Positions 1-8,503 of a DNA stretch of 10,753 nt are shown here, piece by piece (the first letter of the stretch is position 1; each line of letters begins with the position of its first letter). The DNA lies in contig NW_002061048.1 of the NCBI RefSeq assembly GCF_000150275.1, positions 4,701 to 15,453 of the forward strand, in the 5' to 3' direction. A model generated the notes under the pieces. The model worked only from the letters and a program-made list of their open reading frames with translations, was not told the DNA's origin and did not search any database. Source of the stretch: Trichoplax adhaerens (Eukaryota; Animalia; Placozoa). Made by a program: the position numbers and the translations under genes.

Positions 1-1010
1 AATAGGATAAATTATAATCTGTGAGGAAGAAACTAGCCGATTGACTTAAAAAATTAACTTCAGCCACAAGGTTTTGAAGAAGCCAGTGTAGAATAGGTGA
101 AATAATAGCCGACTAATAATTCTTTTACTTCATTTTTTTTCTTGGTAGTTTAAGTTGGAAGTATTTTTCATTTTCCAAAAAAGTATTTCTATGCGCTTAT
201 GTATCTATTAGGGCGTAAATGGAAATGAGCTGTAAAAAATATAAATAATGAAAAACTAAGAATAATCACTAATGAAGGCCTCCGTTTATTCTTTAAGTTA
301 TAGCAGGGACAGCTGAAGTTTAATTTGATATGTCATATTGCGATACTAAAATAGACCAATTTCGTTAAGATTTGGAGATTGTGCAAGCATCGATTGGATG
401 GAAACCCTATTTGTACAAGCGCATCAAGATTTTATAAGAACTTGACGTTCATGTCACATTATTTTTAAACAGGTATACAGCATTAGAATAGATATATTAC
501 GTCAATTTTAATTATAGGTTGCCAGGATAATGGTCTTTTACCAATTTATGTTCGCTGGTATCCAATGATGAGCGATAAAATCTTTTCTTTAATTTATAAC
601 GTATATCACGGTAATTACGAGGCAATAGTATTTCAAATTATCTTTCAACCCTAGTTAATGAAAACTCGTTAAGAATGATAATTAATTTATGTTTACAGAT
701 CAATTACTGTATTTTAACCTTAAAATTTTAAATATTTTACTAAACTGCTTTTCTATATCATGCAGCGATACCATACGAACCATTGCATCTATTTTAATGG
801 AGTCAGGAATAATCTGCCGCTAGGAATTTTTTGAAAGATAGAATTTTATGTTAAGAGATATTATCCTAAAGTGTAAGCTTTTGCTTATTACTGTAATCAA
901 TTTCCAGCATTGTAACTACAAGAAATGTCAATGCACAGATGCTGGTAGTTATTTATCGATGGGAAGGAAGGAAGTAAATCACTTTGCTTCAGTTTTCTAG
1001 ACTAACTGAG

Positions 1011-1977
1011 GATATAAGTCATATCTAGGCTTTCGATTTTAGCTCATAAAATGAGTTATAAGCGTAGACGCGGCTGCGATTTAATTTCTTGTATGTGCTT
1101 TAGTAAGTGCATGAAATTTATGGTTTCATGTTCTATTTAATCAGCTTAATGTTTGTAATCAGTTTCTTGGATGTGCAGGCAACTCAAACCTATAAATAAT
1201 TTACTATCTATTAGATTAGTAATTTTAGTAAATATCGATTAAAATTAATCAATAATAAGAATAAAGGCTGTCCTTCCGACTATAAAATAGGTAAATTACA
1301 GCTAAATCACAATTAAAGTCGGTGCTTTGCTAGAGATTGCCGTTTCATAATTCGATTCATGTAGTGCCGTGATTTTAGTACTTGAGTTAAATTCTTAATC
1401 AAGCATGGAATTAATAATATGCACCGCCGTAGGCTATAATACTCACGTAGTTTAATACGATTACTTGCTCGTGACTAGGCAAAATATGATAATTCAATGC
1501 CGGTGCTTAGCGAGTGAAAGCGTGGAAGCGTGATAGCGTTACTACTAATACGAAATAAGTCATGCGCTAGGATTAATAAGCGTATACAACGAGTAGATCT
1601 GGAGGTCTTCTTGTTCATGATTAGTTGTAAATACAGTTACGGTTGGCTTCATTGCAATAAAGCTTAATTCGGGTTTTAAATCCAGATGGTCTGCAGTACT
1701 GAAGATCCTTAAGAAATGGCTTCACTACCATTTAATACGAAAACTTTGGATAAATTTCATTCGCCATGTTCAGTTTGGTCGCATTAATCCTAGTAATCTA
1801 TTTGTTATATTTATGCCTACATACTATGGTCAATTAGATTTAAACTTAAGAGAATTAGATTTACTAAATCTGGATAAAGCGAGAAATAGTCTCTGCTTGT
1901 TTTTCGAGACTTTGAAGGGGATAATGATAGCATGGTTTCAAGGATGGTGTGTTAATATGTTGCAAGCAGCGATTTAA
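1011..1977 (+). pseudogene. Decayed BTB/POZ + BACK domain gene (Kelch-like family relic)
   Basis: Collinear motifs: ILAHKM..GCDLISCMCFSKCMK (1036-1116; cf. FxAHKxVLAAxSDYFxAMFxxxMKE); IKAVL/DYKIGKLQLNHN/KVGALLEIA (1261-1341; cf. LLDYxYTGKLxLxxxNVxxLLxAA); T*VKFLIKH (1380-1406; cf. CxxFL); IQRVDLEVFLFMISC/NTVTV (1584-1644); VLKILKKWLHYHLIRK..FIRHVQFGRINPSNL (1696-1800; BACK C-terminus). 1621-1977 is a stop-free frame of 118 codons. Confidence 0.55.
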
Positions 1978-2575
1978 CTATCATTTTCAACTCTTACGTG
2001 CAAATTTTCTGATTTTCTGATTAATTTTATGTCTTTAACCACAGTCATTCAATTTTTTTTTGTGGATTGTTATATCTTGTGCGCAAGAATGCTTTGCTAC
2101 ACTAAAGTACTAAATTAATATTGCAAATTCTAAAGCTCGGCGTGATATTATTAGGATATTATTGCCTCTTTTAATCTAATAATAATTTACTTAGGGCCAA
2201 ATCATTAATTGACTATTAAGATTTGCGAGTAAAAAATTTCTGTTAATAATTAAATGTTTGAATAATATCTTGAAGATGGGCAAGGTTTCATGCAATTCTA
2301 GAATAAGCTACTCAGACGAAACAGTTCCTTATTCTTATCATGACCCGCACTAAGTTTACTAAGATAACAGATAAAGGCTTACAGTAGTCGTAAAGCACAC
2401 AATTAAATATGTCTTGATATTACTGTAATAAAGAAGAATAAGTCTGCATAATACATAAATCTTTCAAATTTAAAACCATCCGTTTTCTATATGCGGTAAA
2501 TGCCAGAGCATGATTAAAACACAGTCTATCTATATCAGATAGTTCAACCAATATTTTAATGAAATCAGCTTTATT

Positions 2576-3110
2576 GATTCGGTTCAAATTCACAAATGCA
2601 GACTTTAATCATTTTTAGCAAGCCACTGTTTGAGATTATCCCAATTATTTTTTAGACAATTTCCATATTAAGATTATCTATTAAATTCTCTAGAAGACTA
2701 CTCATTATAATTGAATAAATCGGAGGTAAAATATTCATTGTCGCTAACCTAATCAGTCATATGTTATCATCATATCCAAACAATAGATATAAATAGTTAT
2801 TACGAAGCAGAAATTTTGTAATTGGTTCACAATGTTGAACTCGTAATTATGATTAGTAAGGTCAGTATTTTGTTTTGATGAATTTAGACGCATGTTTCTA
2901 TTTTGGAACTGTAAGCTTTTTAAATGCTAGTTATCTCACACTAAGAAGAGATTCTTACATAGTCTGATATCCTAGCACTAAAGTTTGTTTCAGTGTAATG
3001 TGTTGTGTGGTATACGTTCCCCTTCATTTAACGGGTACTTGACTACTATGTTTAATAAAGTATGGTGCAGTACTCAAGCTCTTAGACATTGACATTTGTG
3101 GAGTTGTAAG
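2576..3110 (+). pseudogene. Possible degenerate Kelch-repeat remnants continuing the BTB-BACK relic
   Basis: DSVQIH (2576), IGGKIFIVA (2719-2745), YYEAE/NWFTM (2798-2834) and CVVYVPLHLTGT*...YGAVLKLLDIDICGV (3004-3105) resemble the Kelch GKIYVxGG and SVExYDPxxxxW motifs. No intact GG doublet sits at the canonical position. Confidence 0.25.
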
Positions 3111-4090
3111 AAAAGATTTTATTTTTATGATGGAATTCGTATTTAAGGAAGTTAAATACTGAACTTAGGTTATTGCATGGTAAATATGAATTTTGGTTAA
3201 TTTTATTACTGTATTATAATTTGAATTGATCTTAACTAAAAGCATGATACTTAATATTGTATGCACATGTGAAAGAAAACTTATAATAAATTTTTAAAAT
3301 AAGAGGTTGTTCCTAGAGATCAAATATAAACTAGCAAAGGATTCTACTATAATGCAATACTTACCACTTGAATCAAGTAAGAAATAATACAGAGATTGAT
3401 TAAGAGCTATATTTCCGTCGTATTTTGATGTTCTATTACCGTATTATCAGATTTGAAGTAAATATTGAAGTTGTTGCCTACACTAAATAATTGATTAGAG
3501 TTGTTTATGAAGGCCTTCCTAACCACTTAGCTACGGCAATAGCTTATTGGAATTATTTCCCAAACAATTATCCATAAAGCTTTATAATTTCCATCCCATC
3601 AGTATAACGTTAATTTCTATGTATACTAAAGTAATATCGTAAGATAATTTGCTATGCATATTTTATAGTATTACAATAATTTTTGACAACCATCCTATCA
3701 TACAGTATAAAAAAGAATAGATGAATTTACCAATGATTTATTAGTACTAATGACTTAGGCTAACCGATATTTTAGATTAAAACTTTTACACCATAATCTT
3801 ACTCAACATTAGGTGAAACTACCAATTGCGTAAATGCGACTGGTAAAATAGAAAAATTATACTTACAAAACTTACAGAACTTGCTATTCCCAAGATTTTC
3901 CCAATATCAGTATAAGAATAATAAATCGGTAGTTGTGATATTTTGATTTCGTATAACTAAATTGAAAGATTATTAAGGGTGATACAATTCAATTTGAGTA
4001 AGAAATTTTGTAGTAGTGCATAGTTAGATTAAAGCCAAAATTTAGATACTTCAGCTAATAAATAAATGTTATTAACAATTAATAAAATCT

Positions 4091-4114
4091 TAATTACTAA
4101 TTACTAATTACTAA
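4091..4114 (+). repeat. Short tandem repeat (TAATTAC)x3.4
   Basis: taattac taattac taattac taa, perfect copies. Confidence 0.85.
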
Positions 4115-4133
4115 GGCTAATTCCACAATTAAT

Positions 4134-4155
4134 TGACGGAGTCTGTACTCCGTCA
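4134..4155. other. 9-bp stem / 4-nt loop inverted repeat
   Basis: TGACGGAGT-ctgt-ACTCCGTCA, a perfect stem that is GC-rich relative to its surroundings. Confidence 0.7.
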
Positions 4156-4600
4156 CAATCATTAAGCTTTGGCTATAGAGGATTTATTGTCGCATGACCA
4201 AAAGTAGGCAGCTGTTATTTTTACTTGAAAATAGCTTTGAAGGGATATTTCCAGGATTTAGTGCAGTACCAAGGTAAGCGATAATTATAGTCTTCATTGA
4301 CTTGGATGAATAATTATTAAAAATTCAAAGATATAAAAAATAGGCTTTGTTTATACCAACATAGTGAATAATATTTATAATCTAGCGCTAAGAGTCTGAA
4401 GCTAGTAATAACTAATTCTAACACTAAGTCGAAAATTGTACTTGCAGCGTGATAGTTTATAGTAAAGATGAGGAAAGATTTGCTAAGATAGCGAATTTGA
4501 ATTCAAATATTTAAATTAATTGCCGGCGACTTAAAATCAGGTATATTGACTAAAAGCCCTCCTGAAACTTTTTTCTGAATCAATGTTTGTTTAATGGTCA

Positions 4601-4604
4601 GTCA
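4601..4604 (+). repeat. 4-bp target-site duplication GTCA (left copy)
   Basis: GTCA immediately precedes the terminal TGT; the same GTCA follows the terminal ACA. Confidence 0.9.
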
Positions 4605-4635
4605 TGTTACGGCCATTCCTAAGAATGATTTTGTC
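4605..4635 (+). repeat. Left terminal inverted repeat (3' end of the element relative to the transposase)
   Basis: 23 bp perfect inverted match to 5381-5403, extendable to 31 bp with 2 mismatches (ATTTTGTC vs GTTTTATC). Confidence 0.95.
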
Positions 4636-4790
4636 CTTAAGATTGGTCACGGCCAATGCTAAGACTCCGGCCATTCCTAGGAATGGCCGGTGACGACTGC
4701 GGCCATTCTTAAGAATGACGGCCCATTCCTAAGAATGACCGTTCATTCCTAGGAATGACTGGCCATGACTGCGGCCATTCCTAGGAATAG
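4611..4790. repeat. Subterminal array of palindromic boxes, core CATTCYTARGAATG (often GGC-core)
   Basis: Good cores start at 4614, 4672, 4704, 4724, 4744 and 4776 (the last ends in A), with degenerate ones at 4632 and 4654. 4667-4690 (CCGGCCATTCCTAGGAATGGCCGG) is a perfect 24-bp palindrome. GACTGCGGCCATTC recurs at 4695 and 4767. Confidence 0.92.
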
Positions 4791-4894
4791 TCAAATGACT
4801 GATTTTATTTCCTTATTGTAGTTTAGTTATAAAGGCCCACAATAGATCAATTTTATAGCACAACAATCATGTAATACGATTTAAGAACAAAATT

Positions 4895-4900
4895 TTTATT
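4895..4900 (-). promoter_or_regulatory. Candidate poly(A) signal AATAAA of the transposase transcript
   Basis: tttatt on the plus strand, about 40 nt downstream of the transposase stop at 4938; a second copy is at 4804-4809. The hexamer is common in AT-rich DNA. Confidence 0.35.
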
Positions 4901-4937
4901 TTTGAGCATATTTAATTTAAGTAAATAAAGATTCTTG

Positions 4938-5318
4938 TTAACCCTTATTAGTGCATGGCATACTCTGATGGCATCTTGAATTACATAATACCATAGATGC
5001 GCGACATTTACAAATTTTACTGCTACAATTACGTTTGCAGTTACGATGGAAAACTCCCTGACCTTTCCCAACTGATACAAATGTTGCTGCTTGACGCAGC
5101 GAAACCTGATTATTCTTATATACATCATTAAGAGACATGAAATGCTTCTCACAAGATTCGAACTGCGCAATCGAGTAAAGCGATTTCAATATTCCAGCTG
5201 AAGTCCCTAACCGATAATATCCTTCAGCCGTTCTTTCCAGTACAACTGCAATTAAATTTCGATGATCCCCTTTAGCTCTATCGACATCGGGAATTCGTAC
5301 CGCTACATTGTCACCAAC
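4938..5318 (-). pseudogene. Terminal exon of an integrase-type transposase (KRBA2/SCAND3/Ginger2-like C-terminal region with Cys-rich tail); catalytic DDE core absent
   Basis: The 83-aa track ORF extends 43 codons upstream, stop-free, to a tttag| acceptor at 5319/5318, giving 126 aa: VGDNVAVRIPDVDRAKGDHRNLIAVVLERTAEGYYRLGTSAGILKSLYSIAQF...SLRQAA...GKGQG...CKRNCSSKICKCRASMVLCNSRCHQSMPCTNKG*. I recognise the G-D-x-V...IPxVDR, YxLGT..G, SLRxAA, GQG and CxC...CNSxCH...CxNK motifs as typical of this family. Confidence 0.8.
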
Positions 5319-5372
5319 CTAAATTCATTTTAAATACACCTTATAATTAAGAAGTGATACGAAACAAACTCT

Positions 5373-5403
5373 GATAAAACCATTCTTAGGAATGGCCGTA
5401 ACA
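5373..5403 (-). repeat. Right terminal inverted repeat (5' end of the element relative to the transposase)
   Basis: gataaaacCATTCTTAGGAATGGCCGTAACA is the reverse complement of the left TIR (23 bp perfect, 31 bp with 2 mismatches). Confidence 0.95.
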
Positions 5404-5407
5404 GTCA
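5404..5407 (+). repeat. 4-bp target-site duplication GTCA (right copy)
   Basis: ...CCGTAACA|GTCA|agc, matching 4601-4604. Confidence 0.9.
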
Positions 5408-5753
5408 AGCTCTAAATTTTACGTATTTCGGATGTTTCATTGCTATATAAATGATCACACTACAAATTTAATGCAGTTTATTTTGTAAAAGGTCGAAAGC
5501 ATTTAATTTCACAATATAGTACTGTACGATATCACCTTGATCCCTTTATAGTTGCTAAGTAATAGATAAATAGTAATTTTAAGATTTAACTGGGGTCTAA
5601 ACAAGTTAATAAGTGTTACAAACTTAACTTGCGAACTACTATCCTTAACTAATAGATTACTTATTCCTATCTCCACTACACCCGGAGGTCTACTATGTGG
5701 TAGTATCCAAATTTTTAGCGATATTTAACTAATTAACATGAAAAACCAGGCGG

Positions 5754-6311
5754 GTGACGATTTCTGCACAGGACTTAGATTAACTTGACGTAATAGCATA
5801 ATTTGGGTCAATGATGGTATAATTAAACATTATATTGGGATGTTTAAGAAGCTAGACTGGACGAAATTTGTGCACGTGATGGATAACCTTTACGTTGGAA
5901 ATTTTACTACTTGATAAAAATTGGCCGTACTAAACTTAAGTAGCGGTAATAGATTCGTTAAGAACAATTTCTATTTCATTCTAAAGAATTAAAATCATGA
6001 AAAAATTTAACGGCGGCAGTGGCTCAACTTAAACTCTACGACAAGGAAATGCAAAGTAAAATTTATAAGTGCAGTTACTACGGATTTAACGGCATTTTTA
6101 GTAAACATTAAAACACATAGCCAATAACCAAAAAGATGGAACTTTTATCATAAAAGACATATCCACAACTTTTCACAACTCAGCTCAACTACTTCTTACT
6201 CAAAATATTTCCACATATAAGAAACACCTAACTTATAAACAGCAACAATATTATTATAATACTTCATTAGGAAAGATATCTCGAATTGAGATGTTCCTTA
6301 CAAATCCGTAG
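5754..6311 (+). pseudogene. Decayed Ulp1/SENP (peptidase C48, SUMO-protease-like) domain
   Basis: Collinear motifs across stops and frameshifts: VTISAQDLD*LD (5754-5789); IWVNDGIIKHYIGMFKKL..FVHVMDNLY (5801-5893; cf. WLNDEIINFY..VHxFNTFF); NLTAAVAQL (6004-6030; cf. HWxLAVI); SYY/D (6073-6085; cf. YYDS); KQQQYYYNTSLGKISRIEMFLTNP* (6237-6311; same spacing as PQQxNxxDCGxYxxxYVExFxxNP). Confidence 0.65.
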
Positions 6312-7432
6312 CTTTTGTATCAGTAAATATTTTTAAACTATTACTCATACTTAATCTTAACTGAAGCATGAATGCTGTCTAGTGCAGCTATCATCAGCTA
6401 GAATTTGAATCATCTTACTACTTTCTACACACAATAATAATCAATATCAAATATTTTATAAACTCTCATAAATAATACCCACATCAATGCATTACTTATC
6501 TTAACCAGCACTGCGATACGGATATTTTCTATATTAGATACTGTGGTACTGTTAGGCTATCTTAACTGTAAGGTAACACCCTAATCAGATGAGTAGTAAG
6601 TTTTTTAATGTATTCAAGCCCTATAATTCGGTCAATTATACTTCTAGACAATCTTAAGGGTGTAATGTACCCTTTGATAGATATTTTAAGCCATCATTTG
6701 ATATCATTTACTGTATATCATCATTAATAGAAATATACGCATATGTAGTCTTTAGAGCAAAGTAGTTCTATAAATTATGATAATACATTCGTATATAAAA
6801 TTTTCAAAGATTTAAATTTTCGTAAACATAACATGAAGTTGACATTCTTGATTACTGCTTTCATGCTAGCTCAATATTTCTAGCGGAAATAATTTTAGCT
6901 TACGATATCCATAAATTATTCATAGATGATGCGTTTACGCTATATTATAAATTTTTTACTTCCAATGTTGCATAAATAATTTTATTCACAAGGTGAATAA
7001 GATATTAATATAGATTTTGTTAGAGAGCTAATCCCGATTGAAGATTTTTGTAGATAACGTATCAAAAAAGTATTATCATTTTTACAAGCATGGAAATTAA
7101 GCATTTCCTGAAATCTATAATGGCAACATTGTACAGTAGATATTGGCAATTATTGATATAATAACGGCATCTAGAATTGCATCACTATCGCAATTCTACG
7201 CTGCTATTTAAATGAATATCATTACGATTGAAATCGAATTTGCGACCACATAATCTAGTAACTGAGATGGAACACTTTTATAGTTGTATTAGTATCCTAT
7301 ATACTTATATGAAATTCACTGGAACAGAATACTGTAATAGATTTCGCTATAACGAAAATATTCCTTGCTGTGCAGGCTTACAGAAAAAAACTTAACCTTT
7401 GAATATTGCTGTGGTCTAAAACTGGTATGACT

Positions 7433-8503
7433 TTAAAATTGTGCTTTCAAGCTGAATGATTTTTCAGATTTCACTGTGCAGCTTCGAATATTAGTCACAC
7501 TTGAACTGCAGGCAATTACTTGAACGGATTTCAAATGCTTTGTACTTTTATTCACTAATGAATTCCGGCAACATATTAATTCATGAATTACTTCGCGAAA
7601 TTTACTACTTGCCAAATTATACAAGAGAGGATTAATTACAGGCGTTAAGATAAACATTATTGCACAGACTGACCATATAGAACTATATTGTTGAATAAAG
7701 CGATTTCTGAAATTAGGAGTATAATATTGATTAAACATAATATAATAATTTAGGAGTACGTACGGAACGCTAGATATCGATGAAAATATCGACAGAAATA
7801 AAATTGGAATAATAGTTCGTCGTATATTTTGATCCCTTTTACTTGTAATTCGCGCCTGTGAAGGTTGGACAACAGCCATATTATGGCATAATTTATAAAT
7901 AGTGATACTATAGAATATTAACATAATCGCGATGGATACCACACACGTTACGGAGAAAGCTATAATGCTTACGATTAGCAAGGCAAAATTATCAACGTCG
8001 CCAACAAAACAATCATTTGGATAAATAGGATCTAGCTGAGTAGAGATGATCGGCATAATTGCTGATAAAATCGCCAATATCCAAATGATCAAAATAGCCT
8101 TACGTACCGTTGATAATTCCACAGATCGAAATTGGATTATTGCAACAGCATGATAACGCTCAATACTCATCACAAGTAACGTTAAGCAAGCAACGGGTAG
8201 TGATATTACGGCACATGACATATCAATCTTGCAAATAACCGTAGCCAATTCATAAGACATAAATCGTTGTACTGAAAAATAATCTAAAATTCCGTTGAAA
8301 AAGACAGCTAAAGAGACCAAGAGATCAGAAAAAGATAAATTTAGTATTAAGTGATTAAATGGCTGGCGTAGAATGGAGTGTGAGGTAATAATCAAACAAA
8401 CTGATAGATTTAAAATAAACGCAACAACGCCAACACTTGTGTTAATTAAAGCAGCATAATAAGAAGTCTTGATGCTTTGGTTAGTACTTGCGTTGACGTC
8501 CAT
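7433..8503 (-). CDS. Single-exon class A (rhodopsin-like) G protein-coupled receptor, orphan, 356 aa
   Basis: ATG-to-TAA ORF with seven hydrophobic segments and class A landmarks at the expected spacing: N-terminal sequons NAS/NQS, N32 (1.50), NLSFSD60LL (2.50), C91 (3.25) with ECL2 C165, E-R116-Y, W141 (4.50), Y198 (5.58), P247 (6.50), NPLLY (291-295), and helix 8 FREVI followed by CC (311-312). Confidence 0.95.
   Translation of the reverse strand: MDVNASTNQSIKTSYYAALINTSVGVVAFILNLSVCLIITSHSILRQPFNHLILNLSFSDLLVSLAVFFNGILDYFSVQRFMSYELATVICKIDMSCAVISLPVACLTLLVMSIERYHAVAIIQFRSVELSTVRKAILIIWILAILSAIMPIISTQLDPIYPNDCFVGDVDNFALLIVSIIAFSVTCVVSIAIMLIFYSITIYKLCHNMAVVQPSQARITSKRDQNIRRTIIPILFLSIFSSISSVPYVLLNYYIMFNQYYTPNFRNRFIQQYSSIWSVCAIMFILTPVINPLLYNLASSKFREVIHELICCRNSLVNKSTKHLKSVQVIACSSSVTNIRSCTVKSEKSFSLKAQF

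Larger units (their letters stand above)
4605..5403 (-). mobile_element. Non-autonomous (internally deleted) DNA transposon, Ginger2/TDD-like, 799 bp
   Basis: Begins TGTTACGGCCATTCCTAAGAATG (4605-4627) and ends with its exact reverse complement (5381-5403). GTCA lies on both sides (4601-4604, 5404-5407). It contains the C-terminal exon of an integrase-type transposase. TGT..ACA termini with a 4-bp TSD are established Ginger features. Confidence 0.88.

Noticed and set aside
1832-2022. Small direct repeats AATTAGATTTA (1832, 1853) and ATTTTCTG x2 (~2004)
   Set aside because: Short AT-rich duplications expected from slippage or chance.
4194-4279. Short ATG-initiated frame (MTKSRQLLFLLENSFEGIFPGFSAVP) ending at a good donor AAG|GTAAGC
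   Set aside because: Only 26 codons, no recognisable homology and no identifiable downstream exon; compatible with chance.
4611-4790. CRISPR-like array of palindromic repeats
   Set aside because: Gaps between cores are only ~4-18 bp and partly repeated, there are no cas genes, the context is eukaryotic, and the repeat is the TIR core of a transposon.
4672-4790. TTC-N4-GAA boxes as STAT/BCL6-like or heat-shock elements
   Set aside because: Resemblance only; the boxes are fully explained as TIR-derived repeats and there is no evidence of host-factor use.
4853-5170. 105-aa ORF from the track
   Set aside because: Overlapping alternative frame of the transposase exon with a non-ATG start and no recognisable motifs.
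4938-5189. 83-aa ORF as a standalone small Cys-rich protein
   Set aside because: Its start is an internal TTG (Leu); the frame and family motifs continue upstream to the acceptor at 5318.
4599-5407. Alternative 6-bp TSD CAGTCA (4599-4604 and 5402-5407)
   Set aside because: It would consume the terminal CA of the right TIR. TIR symmetry fixes the ends at 4605 and 5403, giving a 4-bp TSD; the extra match comes from a GTCAGTCA target.
5754-6311. Ulp1 relic as part of the 4605-5403 element
   Set aside because: It lies outside the TIR/TSD boundary, on the opposite strand, and is far more decayed.
6501-6556. Imperfect hairpin (cagcactgcg...tgtggtactg), pre-miRNA-like
   Set aside because: The stem is short and depends on several G-U pairs and a mismatch.
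7433-8503. Opsin or biogenic-amine receptor assignment
   Set aside because: Position 7.43 is Ile, not Lys, and 3.32 is Ala, not Asp; no gene symbol can be supported.
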